A DNA stretch of 64,000 nt from Phaeosaccion multiseriatum (Eukaryota; Protista; Ochrophyta, other classes), in assembly GCA_965112735.1 (NCBI GenBank), contig OZ218963.1:1364001-1428000 (forward strand), given 5' to 3'. The position numbers were made by a program, and so were the translations under genes. The notes below the pieces were generated by a model that worked only from the letters and a program-made list of their open reading frames with translations, was not told the DNA's origin and did not search any database. Of this stretch, positions 48,960 through 61,758 are shown in pieces. Within the stretch, counting starts at the first letter, position 1; every line of letters starts with the position of its first letter.

Positions 48960-50172
48960 ATGGCCTCTCCTATTTGCACTTCCCCGGGATGTACAACAGT
49001 GTCGACCTATTTCGGTCCGGAAGGGGCTCCCGAGTGGGAAGAGGGCAAGACTTACGGATCTCCTAAGGGGCCGGACGATGAAGGTAACATTGGGCTACCA
49101 CCCCCATCACGAGGTGCTATTCCACGCTTCCTCCATCTGTTCAGGCGCGGCTTACTGATTCACTCCTATTGCTGGTCTTTCTTCCCTTCCTTTCGTATTT
49201 TTGTGTATGCATCATACTTTGTTTCCCACCAGGTCGTGTCAAGGCACTGAGGGATTGTGGCATACTGGACCTTGCCCCGCAGCCCAACTTCGACAGCGTT
49301 ACACGTTTGGCTGCTGATCTATTGAAGTTTCCCATTTGCTTAATATCCTTGGTGGATGCGGACAGGCAGTGGTTTCTGAGCAGACAGGTACGAGCGAAGG
49401 ACGTGGAGTGTGCCGTCTCCTCTCCCTCAAAGTATAGTCAATACTCACTTGTGTGTTGCTGCTCCTTCTACTTGGCTGTTCCCAGGGCTTGGCTGCTCCG
49501 GAAACACCACAAAGTCAGGCATGTGAGTGCCACATGGTAGTACTAGAGCAGAGGCATCTGCGTCCTTGGTTCCCAAGCCCGCCTCACCCTTGCGTGATTT
49601 TCTACTTGCTGTCCTCCCACAGTCTGTGCGTATTTGATGCTTCCAGACGCGCCCGACCTTCTCGTGGTACCGAACGCCAGCACGGACAGGCGCTTCAAGA
49701 ACAACCCCCTCGTCACCGGCCCGCCGAACATTATGTTCTATGCAGGGGCGCCTGTGTACCTGGCAGACGGAACCAAAGCAGGAACTCTCTGCGTCATCGA
49801 TACTGTAACGAGGTGAGCTTTATATGCTGTGTGCAAGGAAAAGTGGCCACTGGGGTCGGATCTCGCTCACCCTCACCCCACTCACTCGCCTCCCACCCTT
49901 CTTGACCCCTTTCTCCCTCGTCGTCTAGGACGTTTGCCCAAAAGGAGATGACTAGCTTAATCGACATGGCCGGCTTAGTCTCCTCGCAAATACAGCTCAG
50001 ACAGGCGCGCGAGAGGTGTGCAAAACTTGAGTCGGAGCAAGAGATGATGGGCAGCAAGTCCATCGCGGCAGTGGACGCTTCCTCTCCTCCTGGGCCCCTT
50101 CGAGCGGTCAGGCAGCTCTTGGACAGAGTCATGGGAAGACAAGAAAAGAGCGCCAGCAAGGTGTATCCTTGA
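48960..50172 (+). CDS. Stand-alone GAF-domain protein (bacterial sensor-type GAF)
   Basis: Exons 48960-49083, 49233-49387, 49486-49522, 49623-49812, 49929-50172. DEGRVKALRDCGILD..FDSVTRLAA..ISLVDADRQWFLS..ETP..AFCAY..DRRFKNNPLVTGPPNIMFYAGAP..GTLCVID. Confidence 0.9.
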
Positions 50173-50994
50173 CCGCGACTCCACACCCCTAAATGCCTGC
50201 TTGCCCAGTGCGTCAGTCGGTGCTTGACACCGTCTCGGCTCTTTGAGGTCGAAACAACGAGCGGGCAGCGAATACTACGCACGTTGGTGTAGTGGCTCCT
50301 CTACTCTTCCTCCTTTCGGTTCCGACGGCGGAGGCGCCACTGTCCTCGACACACGCGGACCTCATGCGGAATGGAACGAAGTCGAACGTCTCGTTGCTTG
50401 GCAGCATGGCAGCTCTGGCAGCACCGTTGTGGGCGTAACAACCCGACAACCCACCTAGCCTAGAGGACGGAACTAGAGCTCCGTGGGGGCTTTGTTCTTG
50501 GCTCGAGCTCTCTTGTTGTCTTGTTCTGGACTAGTTGTTTGCTTTCCGACCTTCCTCCCGCCTCTGCATCTCATGATAGTGTTAGTACATCCATCAAAAG
50601 TAAACAATACCTCCCGTGCTTGAGTGAGTGTCGGAAAGGACGAGAAAGAACACGCCGAGGCCACCTGCTCATGTGCTGTCATCGCGGGAAACAAGTAATG
50701 TATTGCAAATGGATCCCCTCTAAGGAAGGAACTCAACACTTTCCCACTCGGCTCTTAAACAGCCGCCACGTTCGTACGTGACGCTCTAGCGACCCTTAAT
50801 GTCTACACGCTGTGAGATAGCACCTTGTCCTTCCTGTGTAGGTGCTGCTGACGCCTGACTGCGCCCCTCGACGACAGGCGTATCGTAATGTGTCGGTCGG
50901 AAGGAGGACTAAAGAGAAGGGGCATGTATTCGTATATTTCAGCAGCTAATCGAGCCCTCTGTGCTGCTGTGTGTCAGTGTCAGTGTGTCACTTT

Positions 50995-51133
50995 TCGGCC
51001 CTGGAAAGGTTACAGTATTCGCCGACCATAATCAGTAATCAGGCCGGCTGACGCCGGCCGTAATCAGTAATCAGGCCGGCTGGCGCCGGCCGTAGCCCTA
51101 ATCAGTAATCAGATAACCTTGGTGAAGGGCCGA
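50995..51133. mobile_element. Non-autonomous TIR element B (139 bp), TCGGC...GCCGA termini, 6-bp TSD CACTTT
   Basis: Left TCGGCCCTGGAAAGGTTA versus right (reverse complement) TCGGCCCTTCACCAAGGTTA. CACTTT on both flanks. Internal TAATCAGTAATCAG x3 and GGCCGGC-N4-GCCGGCC hairpins. Confidence 0.75.
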
Positions 51134-51423
51134 CACTTTGCCAGTGTGCCAGTGTGCCGGTTGCTCAGTTGTTGTACGAAGGGACATGCAGAGCGGGGGT
51201 GGAGGTTGGAGGCATCGCGGTGGAAGAGGTCAGCGGCTCATGTTTGCCTGTGCTCGAGCCACCACAGAAACAAAGGATGTAGCCCACCTTTTCGAGGGCT
51301 CGCAGACACCCGTTCGAAGGCATAGTGAATGAATGGGTACAATATCAGTGGAGTGATAACCATTCACCCATTGTGAGTACGCCACAGAGCCCCATTCTGT
51401 TTTCACCCACTCACGCACACACA

Positions 51424-51467
<44 letters not shown>

Positions 51468-51528
51468 GTTGTCAGTTGGGGGGAGCGGATTCGAAGGCGA
51501 TCAAAACACTTCCTTTCCCTGCTTTTTT

Positions 51529-53802
51529 ATGCTCAGCATCCCCTCGCTACTCGCTCGAGCCAATGCTAAGGCTCGGGAGCTGACGCAGGCGGTCCAGCAG
51601 CAACATGGGGGGGGGGGCAGGAGACATCAGCAGCGAGGAGGAGGGGGAGGAGGAGGAGGCGGAGGTGGCGAAGCAGGGCAGGCTGGTCAGTCGCTGGAGC
51701 ATCTGAAGGCGCTGCACAGCCAGGTACAGCAACAGTGAGAGGAAGTGGTGCTCTGGTCTCTGTCCTCAAGGTAGTGAGTGGGGTGAACTTTCATAGGTCC
51801 TACCACAGATGACACCTAATTCCCGCTCATCCCCACCTTCGCTCCCACCCCTGCTGACCTTGCGTCGTCCTGCCACCCTTATTATATCTCCACACGTGTT
51901 TGCCGACTGCATGGCGCAGCTGCAAGGGATCCTTGTTTGTCGACCAGGAACCGCCCCCCCAACTCCCTCTTCTTCTGCCACTGCTGGCTTGGCTCCCAGT
52001 CAGAAAAGTGATGATGGGGTGAGTGGTGATGGTGGTGGTGGAGTCTTGCAATCTCCTCAGCAGCAGCAGCAGCAGCAGCATGGGGTGTCTCCAAACGAAC
52101 ACCACTTGAAGAGGGAAGGTCGTCTCATCGAGTGTCTGAGGGGTCTGTCTGAGCTCGTGGCTTATGCCGAAGCCGCCGGAGACTCCACTTTCATCGAGTT
52201 CTTTTGCGAGAAGGGCATGCTCGAAACCTTCGTCGATGTGGCGGTGGGCTCCCGGGAGGGCTTCGGCATCGGTGAGTGAGTGAGTGAGTGAGCAAGTAAG
52301 TGAGTGAGCTGCTGAGAGCAGTACCGTCTTTGGCGTTGAAGATGCTAAGGCGGCGCCAGGAGATAGACATCAAAGCATGACAGAAGAGTAAAGACCGGGA
52401 ATACCACCCACTCGCGCCTCCCTCCGTTCTTTCGTCCAATGCGAACTAATACGTTCCAGCCCGCACCCCCCCCCCCTCCGGCCCCTCCTTTTTATTCTTC
52501 CTGCACCCCGACACCCACGCAGCGGTCAAGACCCAAGTGGTTCAGTCCCTGAGCATCCTGGTACAGAACGTTCGTAGCCTGACGAGCCTCTACCTCATGC
52601 TCTCCAACAATCACATCAACAGACTCATTCAGAGCGGCGGCGTGTACTCGAGTAAGTTGGGACAAAAAGCAAGGCAAAGGAGGAGGATGGATGGTACCTT
52701 GAGCGAGGGTGCGTGTGCGGCAGGAAAGAGAGGGAAAGAGAGAAGAAGAGAGATGCGAATGGGAGGAGCGCAAGGGAAGAAGAGTAGAGGTAGGAGAGCA
52801 CACGTCACACACTTCGTGCTACTTTTTTGCGTTGAATCCCTCCCTTCCTCCCCTCACTCCCTGCCTCCCTCCCCTTCCCTCCCCTCCCCCCCCCTCCTCC
52901 CTCTCTCGCTCCCTCTCTCGCTCCCTCTCTCGCTCCCTCCCTCCCTCCCTCCCCCCCTCCCTCCCCTCCCCTCCTCCCTTCCTCGCTCCCTCCCTCTCTC
53001 GCTCCCTCCCTCCCTCCCTACCTACCAACCTGCCTACCAACCTACCTACCCACCTACCCACCCACCTACCTACCTACCTACCTACCTACCTACCTACCTG
53101 CCTCCCTTCCTACCTACCTACCTACCTACCTACGTACCTACCTACCTGCCTACCTACCTACCTACCTACGTACCTACCTACCTATCTACCTACCTACCTA
53201 CCTACATACGTACCTATATACCACTCCACCTGGACCAAGCGCAGCTGACGAGGAGTTCCTGAGCCATTACGTGTCTTTTCTCAAAGCAATTAGTGTGAGG
53301 CTGGGCAAGCAGACCATTCAGTTCTTCCTCGACACAAAGGTAAGGCCGGCAGTATCAGTAGGTATGCACACACCATCGCATGTGTTGTCCGCCTCTCCCG
53401 GTCTCCGGGTCTGCTCTAACTTATTCTGGGGAAGTGTCTGCCCATCACACACTTTTGCCCCCGAAACTGTTCGTTGCTGCTGATGCTCTGCTGAAACCGA
53501 TGTATTCTCATACAACATGTCATCTCTCTCTTCCTCTGTCGTTCTTTCTCTTTCTGTCTTTTACTCTCTCTCTCTCTCTCCCTCCCTCTTTTACTCTCTC
53601 TCTCTCTCTTCCTACAGGTCAACAGCGCTACACACCAGCACGGCCGTGCCCAAGGCTGGTCGTTTCCTCTCTTCACGCGCACCCTGCCCCTCATCAACCA
53701 TCAAGATGCCCTCGTGCGGACGGCTGCCCTCACCATCTTGCTGCACATGTTCAGCATTCGAGATGTCAACATCAGACTCTTCCTCGCTGTTCCCCATGTA
53801 TG

Positions 53803-53834
<32 letters not shown>

Positions 53835-55913
53835 TGTATGTATGTACGTACGTATGTATGTATGTATGTGCGGATATATGTATGCGTTTATGTGTGTATT
53901 TATGTATGTGGATCCTTCTCTTCGTTGCCTCTCTCTTGGCGACGCTCCGTCAGCCAACGCGCCCTCTTGCCTTAAGTGGTCGGCTTGTGTGTGCGGTGCT
54001 CTCTTGTTGTTACATGGGAAAGATGGGGAGAATGGTCTGTGCGCTGTGGGTTTCTGCGGACAGGTACAGCCAGCAGCTCTCTATAGAGAATGTATTAGTC
54101 TCTCTTCTTACCAGTGCTAGGGGGTGCATACACACCTCCTCCTTCTCTGTCGCTGCTTGCCAGAATGAAAACCTGCACCCACCCATTGACTTACTACACC
54201 CACCCACCCATCAACTTACTACACCCACCACCACATAGTAACCTTTGCATAACGTCCATCACACCACCTGGCTGCCCCTCTGTTCACAGAACTATGGGCG
54301 TGTGTTTAACCAACTTGCGGTGCTGGGCCAAGACGCATACTCGCAGCTCCTCTGCAGAGTCTGGGAGGCGCGTGAGAAGTCATCCGCATGGGTCAACGGT
54401 AGCCCTCCTCGTCCTCCTCCTCCTGGCACAAGGACAGACGCTTCATCTTCCGCGGCTGAAATGAAGGAAGAAGACCGCGGAATGCTGAGTGGAGCGGTGG
54501 CGGCCTTTGAGGACTACGTTTACTATTTGCAAGACCTACTGAGAATTATGGATCAGGGGGCTCTGTCACCGACCTATCCCTCTTCTCCCATCTCCGGGAT
54601 TGCTACGGATGGAGGAGCAGGAGCAGCAGCAGCAGCAGTTGATGATACAGCAGGAGCAGCAGCCGCCGCAGTAGCAGGCGGAGGAGGACGGAGGAGCGAT
54701 GCGAGTGGTGGTGACGGCCGTGAGAGGAGAGAGGAGAGTGGTGGTGACAGCAATGAGAGCAGAGGCGGGAGGAAGAATGGTAGCGGTGTATACAGTAGTG
54801 GAAAGGGGCAAGCAGAAGAAGGAGAAGAACAAGAACAAGAACAAGAACAAGAACAAGAAGTGGCAGTGGAGGTGGAGGTGGAGGGTGGTGGGGGGGCGAG
54901 TGAAAAGAGGGAAAGCGATGGCAGCCAAGCTGGGGAGGAGTCAAAGTCGTTGGTGGGGATCGAAGTAGGTACAGACAGGGATATAGACAAGAAGGTCCAG
55001 AGTGATGGGTCGGTGGCGGTAGAAGCGGAAACGGAAACTGGAACCGCGAAGGAGGAGGAGGAGGAGGAGGAGGAGGAGGAGGAGGAGGAGGAAGAGGAGG
55101 CGGAGGAGGAGGAGGAGGAGGAGGAGGAGGAGGAGGAGGAGGAGGAGGAGGAGGGGGAAAAGGAGGTGCCCGCTGACTCGGGAAGTAGAGCGACTTCTTC
55201 TCGGCGAAGGAAGGGAGGAGGGGAGGAGGAGCAAGAGCGGGAGGGAGACCGCGTCATGCAGGGGCTTATGGTGAAGCTTGTGGAGCACTTGATGAGGACT
55301 CTTGTAAGGCCTCTTGTGCTCGAAACGCTCGTGCAAAGTGAGTGAATGGCAGTGAAAGGGTTGGGGGAGGAGGGGAGGAGGGGGGAGGAGTAAATGAGTG
55401 TGGTGCAATGTGAGTGAGTGGGCCTTGCTTACCCCGTGTGTGTGCCGACCTGACCCACCAACCCCTCAGGCCTGCGACGAAAGATGGAGCTGGGTCACAG
55501 CGAGCACTGGGTTGGGGCGTCTCCCACCAACGCGAGGTCGCCGATGGACGAAGTGGAGCCGCAGGTGCTGAGGAGGGAGAGAAAGAGAAAGGAAACAGAG
55601 ATAAACAGACAGACAGACAGAGAGAGACAAGGACAGACAGAGAGAGAAGGACAGAAAGAGATAGACAGACAGACAGAGACAGAGAAAGAGGGAGAGACAG
55701 ACAGAGAGAGAGAAGGAGAGAGAGAGCGAAAAGACAGACAGAGAGAAAACTCAGAGAGAGGAGAGGATAGGAATGCCTTGCTTTGTGGTCTGAAGGAGCG
55801 AGTGACTTCGTCGACTGTTCCTGCGTGCTTGCTGCGAGAAGTGACTTCGTTGACATTTCCTGCGTGCTGCTTGTTGCGCGCTTTGGTATGGATGCCCCGT
55901 GTGGTCGCTCATG

Positions 55914-55954
<41 letters not shown>

Positions 55955-58900
55955 CTTAGGTTCAAGTCGCTCTTTTTGTCGGCATTCAGCTCCTTCGCAT
56001 ATTCCGGCACAAGCCTACCCTATCGGTCATTAGCAGGGAGCTTCTCGCGTGCGGAGACATGTCCTGTCAGTACTGTCCCAACTGCTTGGCTTCATGGGAA
56101 GGGGCGGGGGCGAGGGGGGAGAGGAGCAGTGGAACGAAGAGGGGGGGTGGGGGGCTTCTCTCATGGGGAACCACTCCGATGAGCACAAATCCAGCCACGA
56201 GCAGCAACACATGTAGCCCTTGCACAACGCCGACTCGGAGTCCGGTTGCATCAGCAGCAACAGCAGTAGCAGCAGCAGCAGCAGCAGCCGCCGCAGCAGA
56301 AATGTCCACCTGCGACGCAGAAGATGGAGGGGGGCGAGGGGGGGGCGACACAGGGGGGACAGAAGGAGGAAATAGAGAGGAGAAAGGAGGCGGGCAGAGT
56401 TATTGGAGCGAAGGGCTGCTAAGTGATGAGTCTCCTCGCCACGCCTTGATGTATTGGATGAGACAGCGCCAGTCAGTGAATGTGCGGCTCGGAGCCATTG
56501 TCATGCTGAGGGCCTTGCTGGAGAATCCCGTGATGGGGATGATGGAGGGTATAGGGTATAGGGGGTATGGGGGGTTGGATATGGGACAAGACGGCTGTGT
56601 TGGCGTAGTGCTGAAGGAAGGCACCGTCATGCTTGATGACGCTGGTGAGCCGACGAATGTCGAGTTGCTTGACATTGAGAATGTCGAGGTCGACATTGAG
56701 GACCACGCCAGTGACACGACCTGTCGGGGTGGGCGAGAGAAAACAAGTGGAGAAATGGGGCGAGAAGACTGGGACGAAGCGGCAGGAAAGGCCGGGGAGG
56801 GGGAGGAGGAGGAGGAGGTGGAGGAGGAGGAGGAGGAGGAGGGGGAGAAGGAGGAGGAAGGGGAAGTGGAGGAGAGAAAGAAAGAAGGGGAGGGGGAGGA
56901 GGAGAAGGAGGGAGAGGAGCAGCAGGAGAATGATGTGGAACAGCGGAAGGAGGAGGAGAACGGAGGCGTTACTGCAGTGAGCAAAAGTGAGGGAGAGGCT
57001 CGGAGGGATGGTCCAGCAGAGGAGGAGGACACGGCAGAGGCGGAATCAGATACCGCGTCAGAGAAGCCTCATCATCAGGGGCGTGCATCTCCACTCCACG
57101 CCCTTCCTTCCGCCACTGTGGCGGGTGTCGATGATGGGATTGAGGGGAGCCTCTGGGCATGTCCACGCCGTGCTTCCGTCGTGAGCGACCTCATCACAGC
57201 TGTCCTGGAGGTGCTGGAGGACCAACCCGTGGACAATGTGCTGTCTCTTCAGTCGGCAGGTACGGCACGCGACCACGCAGAGGCTTCTCTGGTCTCTGGT
57301 CTCTTCTCGTCCATCAAGAGTTGCATACAACACACTTTAACGATTCATTCCATGGCTTTTGATGATTCCTTCCACAGCCCTCCCAAGACGAGTTACGCAT
57401 GTACAATACATACACGTGATCACACACACACAACAGCACACACAACAACACACTATGCTACACGTAACACACACGGAACACACACGCACACACACCAAAC
57501 TGCGATGATTTTGCACGCTCCTGAGGAGGGACTGTCGCCCTCGTCGCTCGTGTGTGTCACAAGTCCCTACACACACCTCTGATTGTCGAGTTCCGCACTC
57601 TATAACTCACTCCCTCTCTTCCTCCTCCCCTCCTGCCTGTCCCTCCCCCTCCCGCCCCTCTTATTAGGAGCTCTTCTCCTGAAGCTCTGCGATGCCGAAC
57701 GCCAGCGACCACCCCTCCCTCTGTCTCGTCACCACCTCACTCTCCTCACCCGAGCTCTCTCTGCAAGCGCCGCTGTGGTCCTTCGCCTCATCGCCGTCCT
57801 CCCCTCTCCGTCAGCGTCGATGACCAAGATAGAAGAGGGGGTATCGGCACTGCTTCTCCGCAAGGACTGTTGCCCAGCCCCTCAGCTTCTCGACCTCGAC
57901 TCGTGGGTTGACGGGCCGAGGCTGCTCCGACCGAACGGGACGGCCCGTCGGCGTGGCCGTGGTTGTATTCAGGCTGACATCGCCTTGGGAAGGACAAGCG
58001 CGTGGGGTGGCATCACAACTGGCAGAAGTGGGAGGGGGGTGGGTGCGGCTGGTGCGGCAGCGGCTGCGGATGAACACGAGAAAGGCTTCCGGGCTGGGGC
58101 TTTGCCTCTAACGGGGCATGCCGAAGCGGAGTCCGTCCTATCGTCACTGGAGGCGTTGTCTTTCTCCACTCGGGATGAGGTGGAGGGGAACGGGAAGGGG
58201 AGGGGGAAGGGATACGCAGGAGGCCATACAGCAGGCGCTGGAGCTGGGGCAGGGGATGGGGAGGGAGAAGGGGAAACACCTTCTCTTCGGAGTCTGGAGT
58301 TGGCGACTGTGGCGTATGCGCTCGTCCGGTCCATGTTTTTCACCCTCGGGGAGCGAGGAGGAGGAGGAGGAAGAGGAGGAGGAAGAGCAGGAGGGGGAGG
58401 AGGGGCGGGGGGAGAAGAAGCCGCAGCAGCAGCAGCGACACCCTCCGTTGACGGAACAGGAGCGCCGGTGGATACGCCGCGGCCGCCCCCCCTGCCTTCC
58501 TCCTCCCCTGCCACCTCCCCTCCCCTGTTCGCTCTCGACGACGCTCTTCTCTCTTCCTGCGTGCCCTCTCACTCCCCGGGGAGCCGCGTTCACCGGGGCG
58601 ATGTGCTGTCTCTATCGGACTACTCCCGCCACCTCCTCTGTGCGCTGCCGCACTCCTGGCCGGCCCCCGGAGCCCGATTCGCGTCCAAAGGTCTCATTCT
58701 GTTACAGCACGAGGGGTATCTCATTCTCGCGGCACCGTGCCCCTCCCCGTCTCCGGTGCCGACCACTCCGACGACGACGGCTGCAGCAGGTGTGAGGGCG
58801 TGCGTGTGTGTGTGTGTGTTTGGGGGGGGGGGGGGGTTGCTTTTGTCTTGGCATGTGGTGTGCCTTTGTTGTTAAGACCTGAGCGCTGTAGTTCGAAGAC

Positions 58901-59936
58901 CTCTTTGTTTGTGCCTTTGTAGTTAAGACCTCTTTCCTCTGCATTTCATTGGATCTCACGCGCTGCATCCTGCATGTGACCTTCCTTCCCTCCCTCCATT
59001 TTTTCCTCTCGCGCCGTTGTGTCTCTGTCCCATTTCACAAATGGCATTGCCCGGCACAGAGGGAAAGCCCCCCCCCGCCACGGCGGATCAGCCTACGCCT
59101 GCCCCAGGGGGGGCAGCAGCAGCTGGTGATTCAACGGTAGCAGCGGGAAGCTTCTGCCGGGCACTGTCCGTGGTTCCTCTGATGCAGTCGTCAGCGCTCC
59201 TCTTTGCCCAGGACAACCGGGTCATGGAGCTGTGCGTACGTATGCTGGGCGGGAATGGCAGAGGCAAAAGCAACGGCAACGGCAACGGCAGCAGCAGCAG
59301 CAGCGGCAGCAGTAACCTCGAGACGAAGGGTAAGGGCAGGGGCGGCAGTCGGGACGGAGCTCAGGGGATTGGGCCCAGTGGAGGAGGTGCCGTGGCCAAG
59401 AGAGGAGGCGACAGAGGCGGTGGTCGGCGAGGCTCGGCAGCATCATCGGGAACGGTTCGGTCGGGGTCCGATGCTTCGCTCTTCATGGCCGTGCCGCACA
59501 ATACCTTGACACCCGCTGCAGCTTCAATAGCCAAGAGGGACAACAGGAGCAGTAGTAGTGGTGGTGGTGGTGGTGGGGGGGGGGGGGGGGGGGGGGGGGG
59601 CAGGAACAGCAGCAGCAACAGCAGCAGCATGTGGACTCGGCCGCTTCTTGCTTGTCCTCAAGTCTGTCCGCACGGCCTTTGGTGCAGCTGTGGACTCTTG
59701 CCCTTGTCTTTGAGAGCGGCGCCACAGCGCTTGAGGCACAGGAGTGGGTGGAGGATGGACGGGAGGGCATGCGGGCAGAGCAGGTTGTGGCCTTCACTGA
59801 GATGCTTCGCGCTGACGCCGCTCTCGCTGAGCCAGCAGGGGCAGCAGTTGGTGGTACAGCAGAAACAGGGGCAGCAGTAGAGGCAGTGGAGACAGCAGCA
59901 GCAGAGGCAGCGAAGGTAAGACTAGATGGTAGGTAG
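51529..59936 (+). CDS. CLEC16A/GOP-1/TT9-like FPL-domain membrane-trafficking protein
   Basis: [116 protein letters not shown]. Middle and 3' exons are less certain, with an apparent frameshift at the G run 59575-59600. Confidence 0.82.
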
Positions 59937-60098
59937 CGCCTGGAGCATAAGCAGCAACAGCAACAGCAGCAGTTGATGATACAACAGGGCTCTGGCGCTG
60001 CGCCCATGAGCCCCGAAAGTTGATTTAATTAGGAAAAAAGCAAATTTTGTGATTGATCCCTGAGACTGCGCCCCAGTAAGCACTCCTCTGCCCCCCCC

Positions 60099-61727
60099 TC
60101 AGCTCACAGCACACGCGCAAGAAGAGGCGTGTGAAGCAAGTGTCTCACTTGAAGGTACTTCGTCCCCTGCCTCACCCCAACCTTCCTCACCACCGCCTCC
60201 AGCAGCAGCAGGTCTACTGGTCGGGCCAGCGTTAGGGGTAGCTGCGTCACCGGGTTTGGCAAGCCCCAGTGTAGAGGTGGACGCGGGTGCGAAGGCTTTC
60301 AAGCTCTGCCCGGTGCTGGGCAATGATGATGGCTTCACATCACCCCCTCCTCCCACCCCTTCTCCTGCTCCACCTCCTCTTTCCTCATCACATTTGTCAA
60401 CTTCAAGCAGCGGGTTAGAGCCAACCACCAGCGTCGGTTTTTCGTCTGCCGAGGGTGGCACCTTCGTCGACTCCATATCAGCAGGCTTGTTGCTCGAAAG
60501 ATTGGGCTTCACGTGTTGCCCCTGCTCGTCTACGGTCATCTCCTGAATCGACAACGCGCCCCCCGTGCTTCCTTCCGCGCTGCCCATGGTCCTTCTCCGG
60601 CGCCCCTTTGTCCCCTCCCTCTCCGCCCTTTCCACCGCCCCCTCCTTCCCGGCGAAGTCATCGCTTTGGCTCTTGCTCAGCTTGCCTCTTCTCTTGGAGT
60701 TGCTGCTACTCGAATCCTCACCCCCACTGCTGGTTCTGTCAAAGCCGAACGATCTCCGACCAAAGGTTTTGAACTCTCTCGACGCCTTGCGCATGCTGCG
60801 GATTATGGTGCGCGTCCCTACCCCCTTGGTGACAGCATGGTTCACGTCGTCAGCACTAACATTCACCGCCCTTGCTAAGCTCCTCTGGCGGAGCACTCGG
60901 GCGCTAAATGCTTGCTGTCCGATGGACAACTGTGTGCAGAGAGAGACAAGGGTGGTGATGAACATGGGGGGTGAGAGGAGACCGCATGGAGTAAGGTAGG
61001 AGGGGGGGTGGGGGGGGTGAGACAAAGAGTGGAGGGTGATAGACGTAACGGCGAACGACTGGACAGAGTGGACAGAGGCAGGCACACGGGGATGAGAGAG
61101 AGAAGAGAGGAGAGGAGAGGGCGCTGCGTACGGCGATATATATATATATATATATACATGCTGAGCAAAGCGCCTTTCTAAAGCGCAGGTGCGGTGAGGG
61201 TGGGGCTGAGGGAGAGGGAGGGAGGGAGGGAGGGGGGGGGGAGGGAGGAAGGGAGACGGAAAGACATGCAGGCAGGGAAGAAGGCAGGGACGGAGGGAGG
61301 GGAAAAGAGACTCACCGCCAACCAAGGGTCTTCTAGTGCCTTGTCCACCGATATCCGCTGCTTAGGGTCTTTGTGGAGCAGTTTGCCTGACGAGGAGGAG
61401 GAGTACAAGAGGGGAGGAGGGGAGGAGGAGTACAAGAGGAGAGAAGGGGAGGAGGAGGAGTACAAGAGGGGAGGAGGGGAGGAGGAGGAGGGCGGGGGTT
61501 GAGATGAGTACTCTAGCAATAGTAACGCGAAAGCTATGAAGGTGTATTCGGACTGTCGGGCGCAAAACAAAAACAAGGAGGTTGGTGGGACCGTACCTAA
61601 ATAGGCGAGGAGCTGTGGGTGCGTGCGTCCTGCACAACTCGACTCTGGGAACGGTAGAGGGTTGTGCGCAATCATCTCGAATAGCGCCAGCGGCTGTAGA
61701 GAGGGTGGAGCAGCAGTTGGTGATACG

Positions 61728-61758
<31 letters not shown>

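Noticed and set aside
47718-51133. Composite transposon carrying the GAF gene
   Set aside because: Each element has its own distinct TSD and the outer flanks (TTGAAA vs CACTTT) do not match.
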